A stretch of 64,000 nt of DNA from Patescibacteria group bacterium (lineage in GTDB: Bacteria > Patescibacteriota > Kazan-3B-28): the NCBI GenBank assembly GCA_041649135.1, contig JBAZNQ010000001.1:227037-291036 (forward strand). The letters run 5' to 3'. The stretch's first letter is position 1. Every line of letters starts with the position of its first letter. Positions 1 to 9,191 of this stretch are shown here, one piece after another. The position numbers and the translations under genes were made by a program. Under the pieces are notes generated by a model. That model saw only the letters and a program-made list of their open reading frames with translations. It was not told the origin of the DNA and made no database searches.

Positions 1-661
1 ATCCGGCATCAACGCGGTGTCCGATTTTCTCAACAACTTTACCAGTAACCTTTTCAACACCACCCGCGGCTTCATCAGCAGTTTCACCGCCGTCTTAACT
101 GTTTTCGTGCTCACTCTTTATTTACTGTTAGATGAAAATGGTATTAAAAACTTTTTTGTTGCTCTCCTGCCAGTCAAGCAAAAGAGTCAATTGGTTAATA
201 TCGCCAACAAAATCGGATCTGGCTTAGGAGCTTGGTTGCGCGGCCAATTGCTATTGGGAGTCATCGTTGGTCTAATGGTCTACATCGGCTTGATCATTAT
301 CGGTGTGCCTTATGCTCTGACCTTAGCGCTACTGGCTGGCGTCTTAGAAATTATTCCGATTATCGGTCCCATCATTTCCGCCATTCCCGCCATTCTGATC
401 GCCCTAAGTATCAGCCCAACTATGGCGTTAATCGTCACCGGCTTTTATATCTTGACCCAAGAGCTGGAAAATAAGTTATTAGTGCCAAAAGTTATGCAAC
501 GAACTGTCGGTCTGCATCCGGTTACGATTATTATTGTCCTGTTGATCGGCGCCAAATTAATGGGTGTTCTAGGCATCCTATTGGCAGTCCCGATCGCTTC
601 CGTATTCTATATTATCTTGAAAGAGTGGAGTCGGATCGCTCGTCCAGCCCGCTCCCGTTAA
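1..661 (+). CDS. AI-2E family transporter (PerM/TqsA-like), C-terminal part; the gene starts before the window
   Basis: Multi-TM protein with the AI-2E family conserved C-terminal region (…[20 protein letters not shown]). The ORF is open to the window edge. Confidence 0.6.
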   Translation, partial: SGINAVSDFLNNFTSNLFNTTRGFISSFTAVLTVFVLTLYLLLDENGIKNFFVALLPVKQKSQLVNIANKIGSGLGAWLRGQLLLGVIVGLMVYIGLIIIGVPYALTLALLAGVLEIIPIIGPIISAIPAILIALSISPTMALIVTGFYILTQELENKLLVPKVMQRTVGLHPVTIIIVLLIGAKLMGVLGILLAVPIASVFYIILKEWSRIARPARSR

Positions 662-2628
662 GCCTTTTCTTGTCGCAAAAACTCTATCCGGTCTCGTAGT
701 TCGGCTGCTTTTTCAAATTCTAGATTCCGTGCCGCCAAATCCATTTCATCTTCCAATTGACGCACCACCGACGCGATTTCTTCCGCATTGGCCTTCTTGG
801 CAAACTGATTCAGCTCTTCTTCCTCCGGCACATCTTCATGTTTCGTCGTATGAATATCTTTGATATCTTTCACGATCGATTTTGGTGTGATCTTGTGCTG
901 CTTATTGAACTCAACCTGTTTTTCCCGCCGCCGCGAACATTCATCCATTGCTCGTTGCATCGAACCAGTTACATGATCGGCATACATAATTACTTTTCCG
1001 TCCAAATGCCTCGCGGCTCGTCCGAAAGTCTGGATTAACGCCGTGTCCGACCGCAAAAATCCTTCTTTATCCGCATCCAAAATTGCTACCAGCGATACTT
1101 CCGGCAGATCCAAACCCTCCCGTAATAAATTGATGCCCACCAGCACATCATATTTGCCCAATCGCAAATCCCGAAGAATATCAATTCGCTCCAACGTTTC
1201 CACATCCGAATGCAAATACTGAACTTTAATTCCGGCTTCCTGCAAAAATGTTGTCAAATCTTCTGACATCTTTTTTGTTAGCGTTGTTACTAACACCCGC
1301 TGTTTCGCCACTACTCGTTTTTGAATTTCCTCCATCAAATCATCTATTTGCCCGTCTATTGGTCGAATTTCAATTTCTGGGTCCAACAGTCCAGTTGGTC
1401 GAACGATCTGTTCAACAACCTGTTTGCTATTGCTTAATTCTTCGTGGGCTGGTGTCGCTGACACATACACAACCTGATTGATCAGATTGTTAAATTCGGT
1501 ATCTTTCAAAGGGCGATTATCAAACGCACTCGGCAATCTGAAGCCGTGTTCTACTAATACTTCTTTACGCGCCCTGTCTCCGTTATACATTCCCCGGATC
1601 TGGGGTACTGTCATATGTGATTCATCAATAAACATCAAAAAATCATCAGGGAAATAATGAAGCAAAGTGGCTGGCGGACTGCCCGCCGGACGATTATCCA
1701 TAAATCGAGAATAATTTTCGATTCCCGACACATACCCAACCGTTTGAAGCATCTCAATATCGTAATTCGTTCTCTGCTCCAACCTTTGTACTTCTAATAA
1801 TTTATTAGCCGCCTTTAATTCTCCCAGCCGAATCTTCAGCTCCTCACGGATCGCCTCGATCGCTCCCTTCAGCCTCTCCTGCGGAGTTATAAAATGTTTA
1901 GCCGGAAAGATTATCAGTTCTTTCAGCTCTTCCAAGATCTCGCCAGTAAGATAATCAACTTGTCGGATCCGCGTTAATTCATCACCAAAAAACTCCAGCC
2001 GGTACGCCGTTTCTGAATATGACGGAAGGATCTCCATTACTTCGCCGCGCACTCTGAATGTTCCGCGAATAAAATTTATATCATTGCGTTGGTATTGGAT
2101 ATTCGTTAGTTGTAAAAGCAATTTTTCCCGTTTGTAAGACTTTTTTACTTTCAACTCAATGCTTAGATCCTTATACACTTCCGGATTTCCTAAACCATAA
2201 ATACACGACACCGACGCCACAATGATCACATCTTTGCGAGTCAGCAAAGCTTCGGTTGCCGCATTGCGCAACCGGTCAATTTCATCATTGATCGACGAAT
2301 CTTTTGCGATGTAAGTATCGGTCTGTGGGATATACGCTTCCGGTTGGTAGTAGTCGTAATACGATACAAAATAATGTACCGCATTATCGGGGAAAAATTC
2401 TCTAAATTCGCTCGCCAATTGCGCCGCCAAAGTTTTGTTGTGAGCGATGATCAAAGTCGGCTTCTGGATTTTTTCGATCACATTCGCCATCGTAAAAGTT
2501 TTTCCCGAACCAGTTACTCCCAACAATGTCTGGTACTGATACCCCTTTTCCAAGCCAGCTACCAAATGTTTTATGGCAGTTGGTTGATCCCCCGCAGGTT
2601 TAAAAGCAGATTTTAATTTGAACTTCAT
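658..2628 (-). CDS. uvrB: Excinuclease ABC subunit B
   Basis: 656 aa. Walker [10 protein letters not shown], the UvrB-specific [10 protein letters not shown] motif, helicase motifs and a C-terminal UvrB/C interaction coil. Confidence 0.95.
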   Translation of the reverse strand: MKFKLKSAFKPAGDQPTAIKHLVAGLEKGYQYQTLLGVTGSGKTFTMANVIEKIQKPTLIIAHNKTLAAQLASEFREFFPDNAVHYFVSYYDYYQPEAYIPQTDTYIAKDSSINDEIDRLRNAATEALLTRKDVIIVASVSCIYGLGNPEVYKDLSIELKVKKSYKREKLLLQLTNIQYQRNDINFIRGTFRVRGEVMEILPSYSETAYRLEFFGDELTRIRQVDYLTGEILEELKELIIFPAKHFITPQERLKGAIEAIREELKIRLGELKAANKLLEVQRLEQRTNYDIEMLQTVGYVSGIENYSRFMDNRPAGSPPATLLHYFPDDFLMFIDESHMTVPQIRGMYNGDRARKEVLVEHGFRLPSAFDNRPLKDTEFNNLINQVVYVSATPAHEELSNSKQVVEQIVRPTGLLDPEIEIRPIDGQIDDLMEEIQKRVVAKQRVLVTTLTKKMSEDLTTFLQEAGIKVQYLHSDVETLERIDILRDLRLGKYDVLVGINLLREGLDLPEVSLVAILDADKEGFLRSDTALIQTFGRAARHLDGKVIMYADHVTGSMQRAMDECSRRREKQVEFNKQHKITPKSIVKDIKDIHTTKHEDVPEEEELNQFAKKANAEEIASVVRQLEDEMDLAARNLEFEKAAELRDRIEFLRQEKA

Positions 2629-2805
2629 CGATGATTTTTGAAATTATAAGTTAGCTGGCGCAGTCCGGCGTAGCTTTAGCGAAGACGGATAGCCCCTTTA
2701 CCAACTCCTGAATTGCTTCAGGCTGATCACCGGCCGGCTTCCACTTCGAGATTATTTTAAATTTTTTCGTTACTTTTGTCATTTTGCGTCCCCTCTCTGT
2801 CATTC

Positions 2806-3498
2806 CTAGCGACTATTTTTCTTACGCCACTCCTCCACCTTCCCGTGATGCCCCGACAACAAAACTTTCGGTACCTTGTGCCCTTCAAACACCTCTGGTC
2901 GAGTGTATTGCGGATGTTCCAAATTATTTCCTACTGAAAAACTTTCATACTTAGCTGATTCCTCATTGTGTAATACATCCGGTAATAATCTCGCCACCGA
3001 CTCCATTACCGTCAGCGCGCCCAATTCTCCACCCATCAATACGAAATCACCTACTGATAATTTTTCATCAACATAATATTTAATCCTTTCATCTACTCCC
3101 TCGTATCTCCCACACACAAACACCAACTCGTCATAGCTAGATAATCTCTTCACTTCTTTTTGAGTAAACCTCTTTCCTCTTGGATCTAATAAAATAATCC
3201 GCACCTTTTTACCGTCATTCCGAACTTGTTTCGGAATCTCCCCCCTTTTTAACTTTTCACTTTTAACTTTTAACCGTAATGACCGCAACGCCGCGACAAG
3301 CGGCGGCAAGGTCATTACTAGTCCCGCCCCTCCGCCATACGGCATATCATCCACCGTTTGATGCCTATCTTTCGTAAACTTCCTTGGACTAATAGTTTTA
3401 AGCTGAACTTGTTTCTTCTTTAAAGCTCGGGACAAAATCCCTTCCTTAAAATAATCCTCGATCAACTGCGGAAAAATTGTGATAACTGTAAAACGCAT
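2806..3498 (-). CDS. trmD: tRNA (guanine37-N1)-methyltransferase
   Basis: TrmD SPOUT motifs (MRFTVITIFPQL…DMPYGGGAG…). Sits in the rpsP operon context. Confidence 0.9.
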   Translation of the reverse strand: MRFTVITIFPQLIEDYFKEGILSRALKKKQVQLKTISPRKFTKDRHQTVDDMPYGGGAGLVMTLPPLVAALRSLRLKVKSEKLKRGEIPKQVRNDGKKVRIILLDPRGKRFTQKEVKRLSSYDELVFVCGRYEGVDERIKYYVDEKLSVGDFVLMGGELGALTVMESVARLLPDVLHNEESAKYESFSVGNNLEHPQYTRPEVFEGHKVPKVLLSGHHGKVEEWRKKNSR

Positions 3499-3688
3499 AG
3501 CTAAAGAATACCAGCCTTATCGCCCCAGAGCCAGTTTTCTCCCACATCGTCATTGCGAGAAATAAAATGACGAAGCAATCTGCCCATTTTACCATCCTCC
3601 CTCCTCTGCCGCTTTATGAGACGGCCGTCTTCTGAAGCGGCATATGATTTTTTCTGATCACGCCTGTTTGATTGATTCTTTATCAAAA

Positions 3689-3708
3689 ATCCCGACCGAG
3701 TCGGGATT
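3689..3708. terminator. Perfect hairpin ATCCCGAC-cgag-GTCGGGAT flanked by an A-run and a T-run (bidirectional terminator or attenuator between the KH gene and trmD)
   Basis: 8-bp GC-rich stem with a 4-nt loop. A T-run follows on the minus strand (TTTTTGATAAAG). Confidence 0.5.
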
Positions 3709-3734
3709 TTTGATAACTTAATTTCTAAGAGTAA

Positions 3735-4097
3735 TTATTCCTCGGCGATTGCTTTCAAATCGTCCTTGGTGGTAGTTTCCGGCATATCCACCACTGCATC
3801 ATTATCACTTCCCACGTTATCTAGATCAACATGACGGTTGCCACCCGTTCCACCTTCTGGTTCGGTAATCTTTAGATTCACTCGGGAATGATTCTGGGCA
3901 CCCAATACTCTAAGCAATGTGCGTACTGCTTTGGCTGTCCGACCATCTTTACCGATAATTTTGCCCATATCCGCTGGGTCTACCCCCAGTTCGAGCAAAA
4001 CGCCCATCTCATCAACACTCCGCTTGACTGTCACTTTGTCCGGATTGTCGACAATGGCTTTAACCACGTATTCCACAAATTCCTGATCGCGTTCCAT
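3735..4097 (-). CDS. KH-domain RNA-binding protein (YlqC/UPF0109-like)
   Basis: GKIIGKDGRTAKAVRTLL KH motif. Conserved position between rpsP and trmD. Confidence 0.75.
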   Translation of the reverse strand: MERDQEFVEYVVKAIVDNPDKVTVKRSVDEMGVLLELGVDPADMGKIIGKDGRTAKAVRTLLRVLGAQNHSRVNLKITEPEGGTGGNRHVDLDNVGSDNDAVVDMPETTTKDDLKAIAEE

Positions 4098-4130
4098 AAC
4101 TCTCCTGTTGATTAGTTATATGACTATAAC

Positions 4131-4664
4131 TTAAGCTTCTTTGTTAGTTTCTTCGATTGGAGCTTCAACTGCTGGCTCTTCCACTACTGCTGAAGTTTCT
4201 TCGGCTACTGGTACCTCTGTCACCGTTCCTTCGCCTGATTCTGTTACTGGAGCCGCCTCCTCATCTGCCACTAGCTCTTGGTCTACCATAGCTCCTTCAG
4301 GAGCGACAACGGAGTCCTCTGCCTTATCCACCGACTCAATAACAGCTGGGGATGGCTTATTTGCCGCATCTAGTTTCGCCTGGGCTTTCTTTCTTGGTTT
4401 GGCTTCAGCATTCATCTTAATTGGCAGATCAAACCCATTCATATTCAAAAGTTTGGCCACCGTGTTAGACGGCATCCCTCCCTTTGATAACCAAGCTTGA
4501 ACTCTTTCTTTATCAAAAACGAACGGCTTCTCTTTTGCCGCAGGCTCATAATGACCGAGGATCTCGACCACTTTACCATCTAATTTTTCGCCCTGCTCGG
4601 CAGCCACCAGACGGAATTTCGGCTGATTCCGGCGACCGGTACGGACTAAACGGAGTACTAACAA
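4131..4664 (-). CDS. rpsP: 30S ribosomal protein S16 with an acidic, low-complexity C-terminal extension of about 95 aa
   Basis: N-terminal ~80 aa match S16 (MLVLRLVRTGRRNQPKFRLV…). The tail is rich in E, A, V and P. Confidence 0.85.
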   Translation of the reverse strand: MLVLRLVRTGRRNQPKFRLVAAEQGEKLDGKVVEILGHYEPAAKEKPFVFDKERVQAWLSKGGMPSNTVAKLLNMNGFDLPIKMNAEAKPRKKAQAKLDAANKPSPAVIESVDKAEDSVVAPEGAMVDQELVADEEAAPVTESGEGTVTEVPVAEETSAVVEEPAVEAPIEETNKEA

Positions 4665-4730
4665 GTCATTTCAGCTTACCCGATATACATAGGGCATTTT
4701 AGCTTTCACCCCTCCCTCTGTCAAGCACTC

Positions 4731-4759
4731 TTGCCAGCCCTCAATTTATCTCCTATAAT
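4731..4759 (+). promoter_or_regulatory. Sigma70-like promoter (TTGCCA, 17 nt spacer, TATAAT) upstream of rpmF
   Basis: Consensus -10 and near-consensus -35 with a 17-nt spacer. A CT-rich leader of about 100 nt follows. Confidence 0.4.
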
Positions 4760-4867
4760 TCCCTCTGTAGATTTAGAGACGAGAGCATAGAGTCCAAGGG
4801 ATAAACCCCTGCCCTCTGTTCTCTCTTCTCTACTCTCTATTCTCTAATCTCTATTCTCTACCCCCAT

Positions 4868-5254
4868 ATGGCTGCATTACCAAAAAAGAAAATCAGCAAA
4901 GTTCGCGGGAAAACTCGCCGCGCTCATCAGCATATTACTATGCCGACTTTAGTTGCTTGCGCCAAGTGTAAAACCAAGAAACCGGCGCATATGGCCTGCC
5001 CAGAATGTGGTTACTACGGCCAAGCCAAGATTTTGAATACCAAAGCAGATAAAAAAATCGCTCAAGCCTTGAAATTGCAAGCTAAAGCCGAAAAGGCCAA
5101 AGAAACTGCTGAAGCAAAAAAGAAACGAGCCGAGAAAGTCAAAGCTGACAAAGCCGCCAGACAAGCCAAGAAGGCTGAAGCCAAACCAAGAAGTACTAAA
5201 AAAATTATTCAGACCCCTGCCCGTTCTGGCGAAGAATACAAAGCTGACGAATAG
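4868..5254 (+). CDS. rpmF: 50S ribosomal protein L32 with a Lys/Ala-rich C-terminal extension (128 aa total)
   Basis: N-terminal ~57 aa match L32 with a CxxC…CxxC zinc ribbon. The tail is KAEKAKETAEAKKKRAEK…. Confidence 0.8.
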   Translation: MAALPKKKISKVRGKTRRAHQHITMPTLVACAKCKTKKPAHMACPECGYYGQAKILNTKADKKIAQALKLQAKAEKAKETAEAKKKRAEKVKADKAARQAKKAEAKPRSTKKIIQTPARSGEEYKADE

Positions 5255-5376
5255 TTTTTTGCCTCCAGATTTGGTAAATTGATAGTGATAGATTCTGAAC
5301 CTAGTTCAGAATGACGCAGTATCCACAAGATTCTTCCATAACTATTCACTCTTAACTGTTAACCATTAACTACCCC

Positions 5377-5838
5377 ATGGCTTCCAACCGTCACTTCGCC
5401 CGTATCCTCGTTATGCAAGCGCTTTACGAATGGCAACAGCGCGACAGTTTGGATTTAACCGAAATCATGAAGCGCCATTTGGACAAGCACGATTTCGAAG
5501 AAAATAATCTCTTATTCATTCACAAATTGGTCGATGGCCTAAAAAAACATTCGGAAGAAATCGATCAAGTCATCACCGTATCTGCGCCAGAGTGGCCAAT
5601 CGCCCAAATCGCTCAAGTCGACCTTGCCATTCTGCGATTGGCAATTTTTGAATTATTATTCGATGACGAAGTTCCACCGAAGGCCGCCATCAACGAAGCC
5701 GTTGAACTAGCCAAAGCCTTCGGCGGAGAAAACTCCAGCAAATTCGTGAATGGTGTACTTGGCACCGTTTTTCGTAATTCCACCAAATACAACCCCGAGA
5801 CCGACGAAAAAACTTCTCGTCCCAAACCTTTAGAATAA
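5377..5838 (+). CDS. nusB: Transcription antitermination factor NusB
   Basis: ARILVMQALYEW… and NEAVELAKAFGGENSSKFVNGVLG motifs. Confidence 0.85.
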   Translation: MASNRHFARILVMQALYEWQQRDSLDLTEIMKRHLDKHDFEENNLLFIHKLVDGLKKHSEEIDQVITVSAPEWPIAQIAQVDLAILRLAIFELLFDDEVPPKAAINEAVELAKAFGGENSSKFVNGVLGTVFRNSTKYNPETDEKTSRPKPLE

Positions 5839-5959
5839 ATATTTTACGGGGTTCCGCGACGCTCTCATGAAATAAGCGGCGTCAAGAATGGAAATCCTTG
5901 AGCCCCAAAAGACAAACAGCAAATGTGATTTGTCATTAAAATGAAAGACTTTTGACGAA

Positions 5960-6640
5960 ATGGCTGATTTCTCTTCCCTTCAGAAACAACTCGGCACCAA
6001 ATTCAAAGACCTGTCCTTTTACGAACAGGCCTTTACTCATCGTTCCTACCTCAATGAGCACACTGATGCCCTAGGTCATAACGAAAGGTTAGAGTTTTTG
6101 GGTGATGCTGTCGTTGAATTATTGGTTACTCAATTTTTATATGACAAATTCCCCGAGAAACCCGAGGGTGAGCTAACCAATCTCCGCGCCGCACTAGTCC
6201 GCCGTAACACTTTGAGTGAAGTCGGCAAAGAATTAGGTTTTGAAAATTATTTGCGAATGAGCAAAGGCGAAGCCCGCAATGAAGGTAAGGCCAAGGCTAT
6301 GATCATTTCTAATGCCGCCGAAGCTTTTGTTGGTGCGTTATTTTTAGACCTAGGGCTAAAAGCTGTTGAAAAGTTTATTAATAAATTTCTCCTGCCTCGT
6401 TTGGAAAGTATCATCGCCGGTGAAACTCATATCGACGCCAAAAGCAAGTTTCAAGAGATTACTCAAGAAAAAAACGGCGCTACTCCGCACTATAAAACCG
6501 AAGAGGTTAGCGGACCCGATCACGACAGAAACTTTATTGTCGGCGTCTATGTTGATGACAAGTTAATTGCCAAAGGCGAAGGCAAATCCAAGCGCGAAGC
6601 CGAAACCGCCGCTGCCGCCAAAGCGTTAGAGAAACTGTAA
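5960..6640 (+). CDS. rnc: Ribonuclease III
   Basis: RNase III signature ERLEFLGDAV plus a C-terminal dsRBD. Confidence 0.9.
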   Translation: MADFSSLQKQLGTKFKDLSFYEQAFTHRSYLNEHTDALGHNERLEFLGDAVVELLVTQFLYDKFPEKPEGELTNLRAALVRRNTLSEVGKELGFENYLRMSKGEARNEGKAKAMIISNAAEAFVGALFLDLGLKAVEKFINKFLLPRLESIIAGETHIDAKSKFQEITQEKNGATPHYKTEEVSGPDHDRNFIVGVYVDDKLIAKGEGKSKREAETAAAAKALEKL

Positions 6641-6733
6641 ATAAAAGACCGACCATTCTCCTCACACCGCAATCGGTGTAATTTGAATGTCGGTCTAGTT
6701 CAAGAAATGGCTGTCTACGCCGATGGTCCCAGC

Positions 6734-7201
6734 TTAACCCAACCAGCAACCAGCCCTGACCGCCACCTCCGCCAAAAAACTGCGAGGCAGTTCTACCGCC
6801 CGCAATTTTAGAGCGCCCAGCCAAGCCATCGCCGTCTCGACGTCACCAGGTACCGTGAGATACCCAGTGGGATCAAGTCGCGACCAAGAGTGGTCAGCGA
6901 TGACAACCAGCAGATAGCCGTCGTCCAGGAATACTGCTATAGGGTTATAAGAGCTGTTGCGAATGAAGGGATGGATTGTCCCCTTATGTTCCAACACTCC
7001 ATACCGCGTCATCTTCATCGGCTCCGCTTTTGGACTCATCGACAATATGGCAGCCATCCGTGCATCGTCAACACAAATCATGCCATTACTATCGGTCAAG
7101 ATGTCAGTCTCTTCCTCTTTGGAGAGGCCATAGGATGTCCGACACATATCGAACCACCTCCGTGGACAGCCAAGTGCCATCATTGCTGATGTTTGTGTCA
7201 T
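6734..7201 (-). CDS. Hypothetical protein in a GC-rich orphan segment (possible Cys/His peptidase-like fold; function unknown)
   Basis: ORF lying between convergent terminators. Composition is atypical for this genome. The start could be at 7201 or 7312. Confidence 0.25.
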   Translation of the reverse strand: MTQTSAMMALGCPRRWFDMCRTSYGLSKEEETDILTDSNGMICVDDARMAAILSMSPKAEPMKMTRYGVLEHKGTIHPFIRNSSYNPIAVFLDDGYLLVVIADHSWSRLDPTGYLTVPGDVETAMAWLGALKLRAVELPRSFLAEVAVRAGCWLG

Positions 7202-7434
7202 TACTCCACCGAGTTTTGAATGTCGGTCTTGGACGAGTACTCGTGCCCTATTGGGCAACGGCCAACCGAGCCCTCGATTACCACGAGAGACGCGACCCCA
7301 AGTGGGGTTCATGGATTGAGGATGGTGGAGAACCTCTCCATGCTACTCATTGTCAAAGAAAGAGTCATTGTAACCCCATCGGGGGCTTTTTGTCAAGTTT
7401 TCCCGCTCCCAGAGCAGATTTTAGAAATCGAAAA

Positions 7435-7452
7435 CCGCCCCGAAGGGGCGGG
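7435..7452 (-). terminator. Rho-independent terminator (CCGCCCC-gaag-GGGGCGG followed by a U-run on the minus strand) downstream of nrnA
   Basis: 7-bp GC stem with a tetraloop, followed on the minus strand by TTTTCGATTTCT. Confidence 0.55.
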
Positions 7453-7511
7453 CGGGCGGATCGAGGATGACTTCATTTATTCATTATTTACACGATCGTG
7501 TAAATAATGAG

Positions 7512-8492
7512 TTAAATCACCCGCCAATCCTGATTTGGATTAGCTTCAATATCGATCGGCAATAAAAACCCTGCTGCTCGCGCATGCCCTCCACCACCCA
7601 TTAATTGAGCTAGCCGTCCTACGTTTACCTGTTCATTCTGCGTTCGCAAGCTGCCCTTTACTTCCCCATTGGGAGTCTCGGATAACAATAAAGAAAACTT
7701 CAGCCCCGGAACTGTATTCATTAAATTCACCAGCCCTTCTGCGTCTTCTTTGGTAGTCCCGGTTGTTTCCATATCCTCGCGTGTAATCGCCGACATAGTT
7801 ACCCCCGTTGTTTCGTCATACCGCATCCGTTGCAGCACAATCCCCCATAACTTCAGTCGCTCCACACTTTTTCCGACATACATTTTCTGCGCGATCATTG
7901 GCAAATTCGCTCCTTTTTGCATCAAATCCGCCGCAACCCGAAGAGTTTTCTCTGAAGTATTCACATGTTGGAAGGAGCCAGTATCAAAACAAATACCAGT
8001 CAATAGAGCTGTGGCAATTTCTATATTTATTGGCACATCCCAAATCTTTAACAAATCATACACCATCTCGGAAGTTGATGAAGTAGCCGGACCCAAGTAA
8101 TGTAATCCCGGCGTCAATGTAGCAGTAGCATGGTGGTCAATTACGATCAAATTATCCGGCCACGTGATATTCAATTCATCATCCTCAAACCAACCCGTTC
8201 TTGTCCATGCCGCGCAATCCAATAACACGACCGTATCAAAATCTTGTGGTTCAAATCCGTCCTGAATTTTGAAATAGTATGGCAGGTACATAAAACTCTT
8301 TGGCATCTCACCGTCCGCCACCATTACTACCTCTAAACCAAAATGACGCGTTAATGCGTCATACAATCCCACCATACTCCCTAAAGCATCCCCATCGGGA
8401 TTAATGTGAATCGTCAGCAGAATCTTCTTGGCTTTTGTGAGCGTCTCCCTGATTTGGTTGGTCAGATTGTCCATGACCACTAATCGTACCAA
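7512..8492 (-). CDS. nrnA: DHH/DHHA1 phosphoesterase (NrnA-like oligoribonuclease/pAp phosphatase)
   Basis: HINPDGDALGS DHH motif and a C-terminal GGGH DHHA1 motif. Confidence 0.8.
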   Translation of the reverse strand: MVRLVVMDNLTNQIRETLTKAKKILLTIHINPDGDALGSMVGLYDALTRHFGLEVVMVADGEMPKSFMYLPYYFKIQDGFEPQDFDTVVLLDCAAWTRTGWFEDDELNITWPDNLIVIDHHATATLTPGLHYLGPATSSTSEMVYDLLKIWDVPINIEIATALLTGICFDTGSFQHVNTSEKTLRVAADLMQKGANLPMIAQKMYVGKSVERLKLWGIVLQRMRYDETTGVTMSAITREDMETTGTTKEDAEGLVNLMNTVPGLKFSLLLSETPNGEVKGSLRTQNEQVNVGRLAQLMGGGGHARAAGFLLPIDIEANPNQDWRVI

Positions 8493-8823
8493 GGATATCC
8501 ATAATCCGGAAAGACTTCTCTGGATCGGACAGTTTTAGCTCAATTTCGGGGAATCGGCGTAAATCTATCCGCTCTGCGAGCCACTTTTTCAGCTCTCCTA
8601 TGTGTCGTCCAATCGCCGCAAAATCCCGTTCTGCCGCGTCTCTTTTCCACGGCGCAAAACTAATCCAGATTTCCACATGATGTAAATCTGGCGATACGAA
8701 TACCTGTTCCACTAAAACCAATGTATCCATTCCCCAATCGCGGTTATGTTCCACAAAGAACTCCGCCGTCGCTGTGTGAATTACCGATGCCATTCTTTCT
8801 TTGCGTAAATTTTTGTCAGACAT
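8401..8823 (-). CDS. rbfA: Ribosome-binding factor A
   Basis: RbfA pattern (RKERMASVIH…RFPEIELKLSD). Lies downstream of infB. The 3' tail overlaps nrnA by about 90 nt. Confidence 0.7.
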   Translation of the reverse strand: MSDKNLRKERMASVIHTATAEFFVEHNRDWGMDTLVLVEQVFVSPDLHHVEIWISFAPWKRDAAERDFAAIGRHIGELKKWLAERIDLRRFPEIELKLSDPEKSFRIMDILGTISGHGQSDQPNQGDAHKSQEDSADDSH

Positions 8824-8895
8824 AAATGACTAAATTACAAATAACAAGCTCAAATATCAAACAAATCCCAAATTCCAATGTTCTAAATGTTTTTT

Positions 8896-9057
8896 GTCAT
8901 CCTCGAACCGATAGCGATAGCGCATCGATATCGAGGACCCAGACAGAAACAAAAACATTTTTCTTTTTTCTTTCTAGATTCCCGTTTTCCTCCCAAGGCG
9001 GACAGGTCACGGGAATGACGACGGGGAGACTAGATCCTGAACTAAATTCAGGATGAC
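8896..9057. repeat. Composite bipartite palindromic element (GTC-ATCCTCGA hairpin, CCAGACAGAAAC spacer, ATTCCCG hairpin, GAC, then an ATCCTGAA hairpin)
   Basis: Member of the element family catalogued in the findings. GTCAT/ATGAC termini and internal perfect stems. Confidence 0.7.
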
Positions 9058-9083
9058 AATAAATAGGTAAATTTTGTTATTTA

Positions 9084-9169
9084 TACGATTCCTTGGCCGC
9101 GACCGCAGGCAGGCTGGGTGCGTCCTGCCCCAACGGGGCTCCTTCGGGGCTGACCTTACCAGAATGACT
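9084..9169. repeat. Partial family-B palindromic element (…CGATTCCTTGGCCGCGACCGCAGGCAGG…ACCAGAATGAC)
   Basis: Shares 40-60 nt with the copies at 14700-14771, 31870-31925 and 52590-52630. Confidence 0.55.
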
Positions 9170-9191
9170 AGCTTTTTATTTTTGTCTTTGC

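Noticed and set aside
8401-8492. rbfA/nrnA 92-nt overlap as a frameshift or pseudogene signal
   Set aside because: Both proteins are full length and carry intact motifs. The overlap only involves the unconserved acidic tail of RbfA or an over-extended nrnA start (alternative M at 8474). More likely start-site ambiguity than gene decay.
8826-9056. 76-aa plus-strand ORF (and similar ORFs at 3501-3686, 14596-14787, 10974-11225)
   Set aside because: These are encoded entirely by palindromic repeat elements. Their translations (…SFPRRRES…, …RLRGNDG) are recurrent repeat-derived peptides, not genes.
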